A DNA stretch of 64,000 nucleotides from Squalus acanthias (lineage: Eukaryota), in NCBI GenBank assembly GCA_030390025.1, contig CM059447.1, positions 19,964,001 through 20,028,000 of the forward strand, in the 5' to 3' direction. The notes beneath the pieces are model-generated. The model was not told the DNA's origin, did no database searches, and saw nothing but the letters and a program-made list of their open reading frames with translations. Shown here one piece after another: positions 49,120 through 63,676 of the stretch. Both the position numbers and the translations under genes were made by a program. The stretch's first letter is position 1. Each line of letters opens with the position of its first letter.

Positions 49120-49639
49120 GGGACAAAAGTTCCGGGGGGGTTGGGAAGGTGCAGAGCGGGCATATCGGCCGTGGGTAGCAGAAATTTAGGCCAGGATCTG
49201 GATCTATTGGGTTTCCATGACCCTAATTCTGATTGGGAAATGAGTCATCTGCCTGTCTCCTGTACATCGAGGCAAGACGTTGGGGGCATTCCTGGGCTAC
49301 CCCAGGAATTTCATCCAGTAGGCCATCCGATAGGCTGAGGTCTTGTACTGGGCCTTAAGAGGATCCCAAAATTGCCAGAGAGAAAGGTATTGATTCTGTG
49401 CTTAGCAAGAAATTCACTGGCCCTCTTTCTTTGACCCCTCCTCAGAGGGCCAGGATACCACTCTCATTTCTGCCAGCTCATTGGGTGCATTTCTACAAGA
49501 ACAAGCCCTCTACCCCGACCATGGAAATGACTCGATCCTTGCGATTTGGGAAGGGGTCAACTCCAGGGCACAGTGGTGGCCTGATGTCCTGCTCTGTCGC
49601 ACTTCCAATGACAGAGCAGGGTTCCAGGAATTTTGCCCC
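49120..49639. mobile_element. Degraded Harbinger-type MITE
   Basis: gggacaaaagttcc ... ggaattttgcccc termini. Confidence 0.5.
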
Positions 49640-51541
49640 CCCCCCCCACCCCACCCAAGAGTACAATATTTGAAGATGGAGCTATCCTAATATTCATAAC
49701 ACATGTTAAGAGGCACTGTCAAAATTTATTGGCATAAATTAAACAATGATTACATCTACCAGCACCCTCACTTAGTGCGAAAGAAGGAAAACAGAGAGAG
49801 GGAAATAAATAAAACAACAGGAAAGAAAAACAGAGATAGCTAAGGATAAAGAAAGAACAAATCAGAGAACAGAGACATCACACAGAGACAGAAATGCCCC
49901 TGTCCCCAGTTAGTTATTCTTCTCTATTAACACGCCTTCTACATCTGAGAGAATTGGCTGGAGATCTGTTCTCAAGGTTTCACCAATCCTATTTTATAAT
50001 CAGCCACCGGGAGATGTGCAAGAGGGATCAAGGGTGACTGGCCATCTCATTTCTTTTTCTATGGGAAAATGCCTGACCCCCATTCAGCAACTTATTGAAA
50101 CCACACAGTTAAGACCTAAAGTGCTTAGGTGGGGAACTGCAGACACAGCTTGCCCCATGACCTATGTGGTGTATTACGACGGAACGTTCACAGAAAATGG
50201 GGGTGGGGGGAGGGGAGGGTTAGAAACTACATCTAAAACTTAGAATTCTGGCTGATCCTATAATAAATTTTTGAAGTGTCGTCTTAAGTCTCTTGTACTT
50301 TAACTGTTTTGAAACTTTCATGTGTATAAGATGACTGAGACAGGGCCTAATGAAATTATTACCCTGCAGCAGTTAGTGTCTGCAGCAGGGGAAATAGCCC
50401 CCCGGAGTCAAAAAGAAGAGTTTCATAGATAAACTATTGCGGCATACTGCACGAACTGAGGCTATGAAAAACGAGCAGCCAGTCATGATGAACCCACAAT
50501 AATGGTTCTTTAATAGTTCTCAAATAGTTAATGAGCCACTTAACCAGTAAAGATGTTGGAAAATTCATTAATCTGACCACAGAGTGGGCAATTGTACCAG
50601 AAAATGGCCCAAAGCTAACAGAAAATTTTGCTTCAGCAATGATGTACTGCAAATCATCAGACGTTTTTGGTCACGGAAGACGCTCCCTGAATAAGCAACG
50701 GAGGCGGCAAACATGGAAGTATGTCATCAGAATGGTGAACACAGAAGTACCTGGGTGGAATACTACACAGATTCCTCAACAGTAACCTGAACAAGACCGT
50801 AAGAAGCAAAAACTGGCTTTTAAAATCTCTCTTCACTGATGCTTATTCATTCATGTTTGGAGGGTAAGATGGTCAGAGCAGCATTGAATATGGAAAAGCA
50901 AGCCGTCAGTCAGTGCATTCTATCTCTACTCCACCATTTTGATTCACAACTGCTCATTTCCTGAAAATCAGTAAAAGGTAGAAATATCTGCCTCAATGAA
51001 CCCAGCTATCATCAAGGGATACTTTCCAGCACTTTCGTGATGGGCAAGACATGGAACAGATATAGAATACCGTGCTCTGCCTTAACCTAACAACAAACCT
51101 CAGCCCCAGCCTCAGAAGAGCTGCTCTCAATGCAATAGAGTGACATTTATTTTGTCTGACATGCATCTTCTTGTAACCTTTCAGAGAACAACTGTCAAAT
51201 TAGTGCTAGTTCATCAATACCATATTTGAGGGCAGCGTTGACTCGCGTCCATTGAAAACGCCACTGTGCCTGCTAAAACTCATTTTTGTGTTCAAATTCA
51301 CTGCACCACCAACTCAGCCTTAGTGAAGATCCTGTACCTTTGAATAGAAAGAACAAAGTTATAATATGCACTGGAACCCCGCGTTCCTGTGACTCAGGTC
51401 CTAGAGCTGAAAGGGCAGCAATCAGTGCAATGTCGATTATAAAGTGTAGGATTTGAACTCAGGTCTCAGGGCTGGAGGGACAATGTTTGAATCCATTGTA
51501 TTCCCAAATCTAAACCCACGGCTAAAAAGGGGAAATGACAT

Positions 51542-52168
51542 GGCTCCAATTCTTACTCCGGATGTGTTTTGGGTGGGTGGGTGGTAAGTGGACTGGCAGC
51601 ATGTTAATGAGGAATTTCTAACTCACCCATTGCAATAGGAAACAGGCCAGGGGTATTCTAACTCCTGGGCCTCCTCAACATGTTGTCAGTTAACGGGCGG
51701 GAAGTGGGTGGAAAGCAGCCTCTGGAAAATCAGGCGTCCCTTGGCTGGCATGAAGGTAGGCGTGGGAAGTAGGTTCCAGAATGATCTCACGGGCGGGAAA
51801 GGGGGAAGTCTGCGGCAGGCAAGGCTACGACTTTCCCTGTGGGGCCTGAAGGAGAGGTCTTGATCCTCCTAGCCCCACAAAGGAAAGTGAAAAAACCACT
51901 CAGCTTGGGCATCTTGGTCTTCCCGCCAGGACCTAGGGATAGCCGCAGCGACTTCTCTACGCAGGCCTGAGTTAAAAATCGCATACGGGGCCCGATAATG
52001 TCATTGGACCTCGATCTGCATATAAAGGAGGACACCGCCGGCTTTGGGTGGGAGTAAAATTCGTGGTCGGTGGGAAACGGCAGCTTTCCAGCTGGAAAGT
52101 AACCCAGGACATTTCAAACTGCCTACATGCCTGTTTTCCACTGGGCAGGGAGGGGTTAAAATTGCCCC
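51542..52168. mobile_element. Harbinger-type MITE related to 30001-30653
   Basis: Collinear motifs (gccccacaaag, ttaaaaatcgc, ggttaaaattgcccc). Confidence 0.7.
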
Positions 52169-52627
52169 TCTAGTGTCAATAGAGCTAGGTCCCAGAGTTA
52201 ACAATATGATAAGCATCGCACTGCTCATTATAAAATGCAGGATTTGAAACTAGGTCAGATAGTTTTGTCGCACAATGTACTATTCACTCTGAGTACGCAC
52301 AGGTGAAAGGACATTTGGGCTGTCCCATCAGTAAACATGATTTATCAAAGTTCTTTCAGATGCATGAAAGGCACATGACTCCCAAATCTTGTAGCGATCA
52401 GGGGCTGCAACAAGCTTTTTTTTTACAAGAGTGAAGGAATGTCTATAACCCATCGCTGGTGAGATACTCTGATCATTAAATGCATATATGGTTCTGAGTA
52501 AATGAGTCATAATATGAATTCTGATATATGGCATATTGCTGCCACCCAACAGTGCGTTGCTATCAGATAACTTTCAGAAGTTACATTATGAGTGCAAATT
52601 CATTCTAGTCGCATCACCTTTAACATT

Positions 52628-53776
52628 GGTCCAGAATTTGCTGGGAAATAATGGTGAGTTCACAGCACATGCCGTTATTAGTGGGTACAAAACCCAGCAA
52701 TGTGTGGCGAGGAAGTGAGTTGCGAGTCGCGAATCGCCACATATTGCTGGACGATTTCCACCACTCCGCCGTTAGCCTCACAAAAACCTGAGCTCGCCGT
52801 CACCCTCCCCATGAGTTTCAAGAAATTGCTGGATTTGTGCCATAAATATGAATTAAACTCCCACAGAAAGTTCGGGCTGGTATTTCACGACGTAAGGACC
52901 CTTTTAATGATTTATGTTTCTGCAATGCCACTCAAGCTCGAAGGCCCAGAAAGGAAACATTTGAAACTGTGGAATTTCATTCCTGCAGGTAGTACAGGAA
53001 ACTCTTTGGTATCCGGCACTGACGGGACCGGCGTGGTGCCGGTTGATCGAAAGTTCCGGATAACGGAGAGTTATATCTACCGAGGCTATTTTTAACAAAG
53101 AAAAATAAAAAAATCAAGAAATGTGCAGTACACAGTATTTGGGTACTCACCTACAGAATGTTGTGTTAAATGGATGGTGGAAGATGCTAGATTAAGTACA
53201 GTACTACCCCCACTGACTAACTCGCCGTTCGCGGGCTCGGGCTCGGACTCGGCAACATTGCCGGTTATTTGAGAGGAGTTTTCGGAGTACTCGGCGTTCG
53301 CGGGAGACTCGGACTGCGACTCGGCAACATTGCCGGTTATTTGAGAGGAGTTTTCGGAGGATGATTTTTGCCAGTTAAGAGAGAATTCCGGATATTTAGG
53401 TGCCGGTTAAACAAGAGTTTCCTGTAAATGGTTTTTGGAGACTTTTAGTTTTCCTTACTTTTCCTTTCTGCCTCTTTTCTCTCTCTCTCTCTTAATCCAA
53501 TCTTTCTTTCCCTCTCTTTCTGTATCTAATTTGACTTTATTTCACCCAATTTCCTTCTCCCTTGTTCGCTCTATCTCTATCCTTAAATTTCATTGGTTAA
53601 GGAGATAGACTATTTCATCCTGTCGTTCACCAAGGTCCCAGATGCCCCATTGACCTTGTTATCACTTTGGACTTCCAGCAATTTGTGGCGCAATAGTTTT
53701 CGGACTGAAGGGTGAGGGAAAATATGCAATTCACGGGGTACGCCACAAGATGCTCCACTCCAGCAAATTCTGGCCC
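52628..53776. mobile_element. Harbinger MITE with nested pogo/Tigger MITE
   Basis: TIRs ggtccagaatttgctgg / ccagcaaattctggccc; TSD ATT/ATT; homologous to 57285-58908. Confidence 0.88.
52995..53424. mobile_element. Tc1/mariner (pogo/Tigger-like) MITE
   Basis: TA|caggaaactctt...aagagtttcctg|TA; ccggata/ccggtt subterminal repeats; internal ~70-bp tandem duplication. Confidence 0.88.
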
Positions 53777-56596
53777 ATTATGAGCCCTGTTTGCAGTTCA
53801 TTCCCACAATAATGGCATTTAGTTCAGCCCACCCGGGCGGAGCTGATTGAAATTCCACCAACAGTAATATAGGGAAACTTCCCGGAGTCAATTAATGTGT
53901 CAGGAGGTAATAAATGATGTCCCTCAATCATGTATTGACTTTTGAGATGAAATATTTGCTACTGATTTGCATTTGCCGTTTATCCTCACACAACGCTCTT
54001 GTATTACAATCCTGGAGAAAAGCACCAGTTCAGGGTTTTGTTTTGGAAGTGGACAAGAATTAATTTTATACATGGAGCTCTGGTGCACTGCTTCTACAAT
54101 TTTGCTTCTTCCAAGAATTTGCAGTCGTAATTTATTTCTATTATACAACACAGATAATGCTTAGAATGGAAGTTGAGACATATGCATACAGAGTGAAACT
54201 CCATGATCACAATGAACCGCAGAGACCTTCTTCATTAAAGAGGTACAGTCTTCATCAGAAAGTGTTTGACTAGCATTTTGTTTGAACAGAATGGTATTTT
54301 TGTTATGGTAATGGCATGCGAAAATACTATAATGACCCATTTTGCCACAATTAACAGCATTACTTCCCAATGTTGTGAGCAAATAAAAAAAAAAGATTTA
54401 CCAAATGGAGCTAGAAAATCTATTGACAAATGTCAAACGCAATCTGCTGGCTCGTTTAATGACTATTGAACAGATGTGGTGACACCACATAAATAGAAAA
54501 TAATCACTTTTATGAGCAAATGTTAAGAATTGGTTTATTGACCAGATCAGGGAATCTTAATGTTTAATTTGTGAATAAAGCAGCCTCCACTGTCACGTTT
54601 ACTACAGTTTCGTGAGGGATGTTTTATGCCCATCGAGGTGATGGTCATTAGCATTGGGAATTGGAGCACTTTTCAACTTTTGGCAACCTGTGTCAGCAAA
54701 TTTGGTGAAGTACAGCACAAGCCAACTGCAGAATAAAACATCCGCTTCTATGCTCCAATGTATCTCCGCGCCAGCTTCGAAAGAGCAAATAGGTAAATTT
54801 TACATTTCCCACACCATCCATCCTTGTAGTCTCTCTCAGTGAGTCTGCCAATTTAATGCTAATTAATATTGAATTATTTATAGTTCTGAGCTGTAAACTT
54901 ACTAGCTGGAAACTGGATTTCGCTCTCCAGATTCATTTTACTCAGGACCCCTTACAGCCTCCCGGGAGAGAAAATCATCATTGCACCAGTCTAAGGTAAG
55001 ATTTGAAGACTGGAGCCCAGAGATAATTACCACACCTTACAACCTGGACCCCGATGAAAGGGTGGAATTTGGCTCAATATTCGGGCGGACGTACTATTTC
55101 CAGTGCAGCCGGAAAATTAGCTGATTTTGCCACTTCTGGTGTTTTTGCACATCACTGCTTCTTTTCTCAACAGCATTGTTTAATGTTGGGCTATCCTGAT
55201 TGAAACAGGACAGGTGAGAAGTATGGAGCCCTGTTTCACGGAGTCTAGAGCGCACTTCAATTAATTAAAATAAGTGTTAACAAAAACTAGTCAACCAGCT
55301 TGTCAACACTAAATTAGTTCCTTGTCAATGACAATTGAAAATGCCCCTTGTGAGGTTTCATTTAGCCCATTGAGACGTCATTCAAGGTCGAATCAGGATT
55401 AACCAAATAAGTGCATTTTCTACCTTCATTCTTCACTCTTGGAGTGGGGTAGAAAACTGCTTTGATGCTGCAGGTTTAGAATTGTATTATTTGCCAGACG
55501 TGCACAGACTTTTCATTTCAAGTTTGTGTCTGCAGGATGTTTGTGCCAGACACTATTGGTTGGGCACAAATCCCTTGCCTCACGAAACCAAACAATACTG
55601 AGAGGATGAGGTGGTAGCATTTAGTCTAAAATCTGATGAGAGCAATTGATCCATGATCTATACAACTACAGTTATTGTGAATGTGCCGACAGTTCACAAC
55701 ATAAATACCAATTTCCAGACTGACTATAAATGGGGGATTTGGCTGTGCTATATATTCATGCTCAGGAATTAAGTATTAGGTGCCATTTAATATTCCTCCC
55801 AGTTTTCATCCATCACCCTCCATATGGTTTCTTATCATTGTAAATTGTTCTAGTTCTTTGATCTTCATTCCACAATTCATCATGAATAACATCATGAATA
55901 TTAATGACCCACAGGTGTTAATTTATAGGAATAAGATGGCTGAATTATTAGGTGTTAACAATAGATTATAATGATTTCATATTCATTCCAACATCACTAA
56001 AATACTCTGCATTAAAACCACCTCATTCCCAGTATAATTTCATATGCTAAGAATTTTGGATGCTGCTTTAATGCAGGGATCAGGGTATTTAGAAAGGAGC
56101 AGATTAAAGTTTGACAAAGACCAAATTTAACATTAATGTTACAGTTACTTCCTTTGTTGGAGTTGTAACTGGCTTGTGTTCAAAGCAACATGAAGTTCCA
56201 TTGGGAATCCTGGCCCCTGAACTTCTTTTTGCTGCATTGCAACATTTCTTTTGAAGTTCAGATACAATCTTGCTGAAAGTGTAGTTTTGAAGTACAAAGT
56301 CGGTGGTGCTATTCCAGCAGCTTTACTGCACGTTTAAAACAGTCCAGGGATTAATATCATTTTCTAACAGCCATTTGCATGCAATGCATCCTGTTCAATG
56401 ATTGTAGCGCAGAGAGTCCATATTTGAGTAACAGCACAATATGCCAGAGCAGCACAAAGTGCCTTTGTATGCTACTTTGGCACTTTGCAATTGTGGCTCA
56501 ACTATAACATGGAGGCACCAAGCAGAAGTGAAGTGCTTCCCTGGAGTGGAGAAGGGAAACTGGAGGGAAAGTCAACCAATGTTGCCCTGACATCAG

Positions 56597-57031
56597 GGGG
56601 GCGATTTTCCCAGCCCTGGGGAGGCGGGTTTGAAGTCGGGACTGCCGGGAAAATGGCAGAATCTGGGGGCAGGTACCCATCCCGCCCCCAACCCGCCTCC
56701 GTGCCATCTTCCCAGGAGGCGGGTACCCGACCTGCGCCAGGTCCGTCTCCTGGAGGCGGGAAGGGGATTACAGCCACTTAACTGCCTGTTATCAAAGCTG
56801 TCAAACGATGACAATTCATCTGTCAAAAATTTTTGACAGATGAAACGTCATATGCTGACGTTCTCTGTAACCGGCTTCCCCTTAATTGGCCTGCTGAGCC
56901 CGCTGGGCGGGCTTAACAAGGACAATCAAGAGAAAATAGCGTGGGTTGGCCACAAGTCAATGGAGGCGGGACTAAAACCCGACAAGCAGCAGTCCCGCCT
57001 CCAACGCGCCCCCATTGGCAAAATCACCCCC
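56597..57031. mobile_element. Harbinger MITE (short version of 57843-58685, opposite orientation)
   Basis: TIRs gggggcgattttccc / ggcaaaatcaccccc; perfect 30-bp palindrome at 56815-56844. Confidence 0.88.
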
Positions 57032-57284
57032 AACATTTGCAATCAGGGGGACTTGCCAGGCCATGGGAGCAGTTTACTTCTCACTTGGTGAATAATATGT
57101 GATGTTGAATTACTTAAAATGGGGCAGGAATAGAAAAAAATACAACATGCGGGGAAAGAGGAAGTGGTAGCACAATTAGGAATAGGTGTAAGTACTAAGT
57201 TAAGACAGCATTTTTCAGACATTAATATAAAATGATATGAGTGTAAAGATGAATGGAGAACTTAGGATAACCATAGAACAGAGG

Positions 57285-58908
57285 GGGCCAGAATTTACTG
57301 TCAAAATAACAACGAGGCTAACAGCGTTCGGTGTTATTTATGCGCAAATCGCACAGCAACTTCCGGCGAGGGCAGATGCGCGGTTGCACGCAAAAATCTG
57401 GAAGTTGCTGTTGGAGATGCGCCACTCTGCCATTTGCTTCACGAAAACAGCATCTCGTCGTCTGGCTCCCCTTTCAAATACATTGAATGGCGTGAAGTTC
57501 CTGTACTTGCCCAGTAGATATGAACTAAACTCTTCACAGAAAGTTAGGGCTCGTCCATTTCAGTCTAAGTACTCCTTTTAATGGCGTGATAAGTCTTAAT
57601 TATTGCCAAACAATCTCTCTGGCACTGAAAATGAACTATTAGAAGTGTGAAGTCTCATTCCTTCAGCTTTTAATTGTTGATGGAGAATTAAAATAAGGTA
57701 ATACATTTTTCTTTTTCTTTCTGTCTCTTTTCTCTCTCTCTCTTAATCCAATCTTTCTTTCCCTCTCTTTAATTCTCTTTCTGCAACTGATTGGACATTG
57801 AATTCACTATTCTAACTTATGCTTCCTGGTTCAGACTCTATGGGGGCGCTTTTGCCAATGGGGGCGCGTTGGAGGCGGGACTGCTGCTTGTCAGGTCGTT
57901 GTCCCGCCTCCATCGACTTGTGGCCAGCCCACGCTATTTTCCCTTGATTGACCTTGTTAAGCCCGCCCAGTGGTCTTAGCGGGCCAATTAAGGGGGAGCT
58001 GGTTACAGAGAACGTCAGCGTATGACGTTTCATCTGTCAAAATTTTTGACAGATGAAATGCCATCGTTTAACAGCTCTGTGAAGCTGTCAAACACTGACA
58101 TTCTATGTTGTTTGATGAGTCCTTGTATTCAAGACTCATCAAACCTCTTTCTTTAGCAGAAATGAGATGGATGTTGCATCGGAGAATGCAGCAGCCATCT
58201 GTCATCTCTGCCGGTGAGATGCGAGACTCTCCGCATCCCCAACTGTTGAAGCCTGCAGGAAGAAACAAAGATAAGTAAACATTTTCTATCACTTTCCACT
58301 CACCTCACATACTTGCTTCTCCACACTTGCACCCATCACTTACCTTCACAGTGCACGTTTGTACCCCTCCGACACCCCGCAGACCCACTGCTCGCCTAGG
58401 TGACCCTGGCGGGGTTTCCCGACGTCAGGAAGCCCACGCCTCTGTTTGAAAAATGGGGATAATCCTCTTAACTGCCTGTTAACTACCTGTTAACAGGCAG
58501 TTAAGTGGCCGTAATCCCCTTCCCGCCTCCAGGAGACGGGATCCGGCGCGGGTCGGCTACCCACCTCCTGGGAAGATGGCACGGAGGCGGGTTGGGGGCG
58601 GGATGGGCACCTGCCCCCAGATTCTGCCATTTCCCAGCACTCCCGCCTCCAAACCCGCCTCCCCAGGGCTGGCAAGATCGCGCCCATGGCTGCTAATTTC
58701 ACAATACTTCAATCTGATTGGTTAAGGAGATACACAGTTGCTTGCCCCGCTTACACAGATCCCAGATGCCCTGTAGAGGGCGCCACGCCATTTCCCACTC
58801 CCACTTACAGCAACTTGCAGTGCAAATCTCATGGAAATTAAACGGACAAGGGAAAGTCTAACTAACAGTGGGCGCCGTTTGTTTGCCAGCTGCATTAAAT
58901 TCTGGCCC
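57285..58908. mobile_element. Harbinger MITE hosting a nested second Harbinger element
   Basis: TIRs gggccagaattta / taaattctggccc; same family as 52628-53776. Confidence 0.88.
57843..58685. mobile_element. Nested Harbinger non-autonomous element (long version)
   Basis: TSD ATG/ATG; both ends match 56597-57031 inverted; extra ~430-bp core with a minus-strand intron-like segment and MAAAFSDA Myb-start remnant. Confidence 0.85.
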
Positions 58909-61900
58909 AGAGTGTATTATTAATGAGTGAAAAATGCTATTATAATTTTGCAGCTAGTACATGACAGCATCACTGCAGTTTTTTTAAACAGACCATGGCT
59001 TCATGTCCCTTTACACTGAACTGTTATTGTATTTGGTATTGTCCTTGAAACTGTGCTACAGCTCCAGCAGCTTTTGCAGACATTTTTAAAGAACCAAAGG
59101 ATCCACACAGGGTACTGTGGCTTTGTGCTGTTAGAGACTGACAAGTCACTGAAACTTTTTTTTAAGAAACAGATAGACAAAATTCACTTAAAACTCCACA
59201 GATTGCCTTTTTTTATTTTACTCAATTTACAATATAAAGCGAGGATAAAATCAGAGACTGTTTAAATTAAATGTCTTTAATTAATGAACGTCCCTAATTA
59301 ATGAACAGTTTTAATGCATGACTTGTTTTAATCCTACAGCAGACTACAAGATCAGCAGAATTCACACTACATTTTCCCTTTGATAATTTGATGATTAAAT
59401 CGCACTTCCTGCAAATAGCACTGGAGGCTGATTAAACTTTATCATGTATCGTATGACAGCAAGTTCTTTACCTTTATTCTTATATTACATAATCATAGAT
59501 AAGCAAAATATTTGCATTTTTCACTTCTTAAAGGGGAACGCCTAAGACATGTGCACACATCCTACAGGATTTCAACTCCTCAAAACCTGCATACATCCGA
59601 CCATGAGGTACTGAGCCTTACACTCAGCATCACCGGGGCATCCCTAACACATGCTTTTAAGAAGAACCTCAATATTCAGTGGTTCCTCTGAAATTTTTAG
59701 ATGACATGTTGGAGTCACCGCAATAATCCGAAGTTCAGAATAAAAATGGGGCTCTCGTTTGTGTCTTTTGGACCCAGACGGTACATCTGAAATTATAGTG
59801 GCGCTTTTAGTTGTACAGTTCTGTTTTTGTTGGCTCTGATTGTTTGGTAGTGATAGAGCATCACAGACCAGGAGACTCAGGTTTATCTCAGCCTCTGACA
59901 GTATTCATCAGCATTGCATCAGTCAGATGCAAGAGAAAGGGAGATCTATTCGAGATTACTACATTGCTTCATGGCAACAGGACCTAGAGTAGCATTAAAA
60001 CCTTGGACAATAAGTGCCACAAACGCCATCCAGTTCTTCTTGTTGGAAACACTTGTCCAATACTGGCAGCGGCACGGAATTTAAAATAGGATGAAAGTTG
60101 TGGAAAAAATTATTTTTAATTATCTTGAAGTTTGCTTCTAGTTTTTTGAAAAGGACAATTATATTTAAAAAGGGGTAATGACCCACACAATCCTTTTAAA
60201 AGGATTTCCAGAATTCCATTTCTAACAGCCAGGCAAATGTGGAAAAAAAATGACAAAGCAGGCTCATAAAGATGACAAAGGTGATACAACTAGGATAGTG
60301 GGAATAACGGAAGTGTTTGTATCTCATGGGATGAGAGTATAATAGAAGATAATGGCCATTAGATCCCAGTACTACACCATCTCACACTCAGCAGACTTAT
60401 TACAAACACATCAAGCGGTACCACTATCCAATCATAGTGTTATTGAATTGAAACCTTTTGATAAATTTATTTGTGTTTATTAAGGTGAGGGATGTGGGTG
60501 TTCAGGAGTATAGTATATTTCCACTTTTGGCATTGTCACGTCTCTGGATTTTTTAACCATTTTGACAGGAAAAAAATCGAAAAAAGTTACTTTTAATGTT
60601 GGATTTTCACAAGTTGAGAAAAACAAACAAACAGAGAAAGGTGATTAATATGCTACATGGAAATTACTTTCAGCAGAGACTAAACAATAAAAAAAATCAT
60701 TAGCTTGGCTAGGTAATTGGAAAACATCTCATACCCATTGTGTTGAAAAGTCCTTTGATCCCTGTCTGTTTGTGAGCAGGGAGCAATTAAAAACAGAGAG
60801 ACAGGGACATGGGTTTTTGAAACAGGAAGGCTGTGAGGGAAGTCAAGTTTAATGAAGGGTAGAAAGTGGGAGGAATTTTACTCAGACTGAGATTAGAAAT
60901 GCTGGAGAATAGTTAGAAGCCATCTTGTTTAAGTCAGGAAAGATGATCCGCGAATGTAGGTTGGCATGGCGTGTTCTTTATTTTGTTTTATTACACAAAG
61001 ATAAGGTGTATGGATTGAATTAGTTCAGTCATAATGGTGGTTCTGTATATTCACCTTACTGTGAAATAAGCAGCTTACCGGTTCGTATCTGAATATGCAT
61101 CACCCAAAGTTTGCTTGGACCACCTTCAGAGAGATTGAAGAAGTATACGTGTGACACAAATATCCAACCCAGGTTACAAAGGAGTATTACTGTTACACCA
61201 CTGCCTCACACTATTTTACAAACAGAAATCGGGCAGTGCGAGTCCACTCTCCCAAAAAGTAAGACACACAGACTGCTTACAGGAGCAACTGATGCCACTC
61301 CACCGCAAACAAGTGTCTACGGCAGACCTCAGTTTGCTAAAGGCATCCAATCTCAATGTCACCCATGTTAGACATAGCACACCTCCTGCAGGGGCAACTT
61401 TCCTTTCCATTGCCCCACCAACCTGTTTAAACCCATGTCAAAAGAGGATCTCCTTCTGCACGGTGCAGCTTTTTTCCATTTTCCATACCAATGACCCTCA
61501 TGGTGTCTCAGTGAGATTACAAACGTCAAATTTTGAACACTCTTGTCCTTTGATTTTCAGCTACACAAGAAATTGGGTTGAGACTGCCTGTATTCATTTC
61601 AGGTAAAATCCTCTGAGCCCAAAGAGAGACAAAACTCTCATTCCATTGGTTTGCTTGGATTTGAATACCCTCAAATGGTTTTGTACTTTTCTGTTTGGAT
61701 CAACCACCAATCATTCAGACCAGTGTCTGGAAATGTTCCAGACTTGTGAGAAGTGTTCAAATGGCTGCTGTTTTGGATGTCAGCATCATCTAAAATGTCA
61801 GTAAAGATGTTGGGCAAATATTGTTTCCATTTTGAGGACCAGCGTAATCAGTGATAAAATATTAGTGCAAGAGATTTTGTTTAAATTAATTTAAAATTTA

Positions 61901-63442
61901 AGTTTAATTGAGAAAAGTAGATTCTGTTTATGCTGATTTCATAAAGCAAACATGTTTGTAAAAAAGATCAGGGACCCAATTCATAGCCAGACAATCGTGT
62001 TCTTTAAAAAATATCTTCATTTATTAAAACAGCACTTTACTACTTGTATCATTTCAATAATTCACGTATGTTGATGCTTGCACAAAGTTCCTCACAGATG
62101 AAGGAAGCCTATATAGTGCTTTGATTTGCACTCGTACCTAATGATTGGGTAGCCAGTGTAACAAAGTTAATGAGTGATTTAAATCCAAGTGTAGCCACTG
62201 ATTAAGTCTGAAAGTACTTTGATTAAATCTGGTTTTCAGCTTAGTGACTATCTTTTCAGCACTTCAATCATCTTCTGTTCTATTACCAGGCAGTCTGCAG
62301 AGACAGAAAGTGACTCCTGCCTCCCCCCAAGGGCAACAATGGCTATGGGAGGAGATGTAATTGAGAGCGCCCAGAGGTACTGCCTCCTAGATTTATCAGT
62401 TCAACCTCTACGTGATAGACTGTTAAAATTGTGCCATGAAACAGAAGAAATCTGGCTAATGTGTTAACACAATTATAGCAAATTATCAAGTAACTGATGA
62501 AAATGAAGCCCAAACACAGCCTCTCAGCCAGGGTGTAGTATCTGCACAAGCCAAAGTCAGAGGGAAGAGATGAACATGAAAGCTGTTACTAAGCCATATC
62601 TAAATGATAGTTTCAGTTCCCTCTGGGGAACTCGAACCATATTACAGTAATTCCTAATTTCTTTGATTCAGACCAATTTTAAACACATCAGCTGTTAGCT
62701 CATCTTTAATTGCATCAGTAACCATGTGTATATTTTGCAAAAGCAAAAATTGTTTCATTTAAAAATAAAGTGGAAATATAATGGATAAGAGCACTTAAAA
62801 GCGACAAAACCAAATGTAAAATACTGGGTTTGGAACTTTTAAAATTCAGTTGTTAATTACAGAAACACAATATGGTGCATCCTGTGATCTAACCACACAC
62901 AGGCTTCAAGAGGCAATATCATTTACGTAAAAGATGGCATTGAACATGAACAGCATTGCTTTCTAGGGGAAGCATGACGCCTGCTGCCTTTGCACCCGTT
63001 TTATCAGCAAGTCGACCAAGTCTCTCAGACCTTGCACCAGTGTCTAATGTTTGCTCACCCCAACACTGGTAATGTTGTCAAATGATGGATATGGAGTACA
63101 TTCAGCAGTTACTCTCGATAAAAGAAATAACCGGAAAAGTTTGTAGAAAGCTGACCAAATCCCACTCACCGGTTAGCACTAATGTGCCCACTTGTTAAAT
63201 GTACAGAAAGTAGGCACGCTTAAACCGGGTGCAAGACTGGCAGAAAGTGTTAAAAGATTATTCATTCACTTGCGCTGCCACTCCGAGTGTAGCTCCCATC
63301 CCAAGAAAAGGTTTAGGGGACAGAGAGCACTTTGCTTGTTAAGGCTCTGTTACAGGTCAATCGTGAGAAAGTCGCGCTGAATGCGGTGGGGGTAGGGGCT
63401 AAAAAAAGAAGTGAGTGTTGAACTCCATGTCCAGTCTTGGTG

Positions 63443-63676
63443 TAAGAACATAAGAACACAAGAAATAGGAGCAGGAGTAGGCCATTTGGCCCCTCGAGCC
63501 TGCTCCGCCGTTTAATGAGATCATGGCTGATCTGATCTTGGGCTCAGCTCCATTTCCCTGCCTGCTCCCCACAGCCCTTCACTCCCTTATTGTTCAAAAA
63601 TCTGTCTATCTCCGCCTTAAATATATTCAATGACCCAGTCTCCACAGCTCTCTGGGGCAGAGAATTCCACAGATTT
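63443..63676 (-). mobile_element. CR1 LINE 3' end
   Basis: Highly similar to 39617-39845. Confidence 0.93.
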
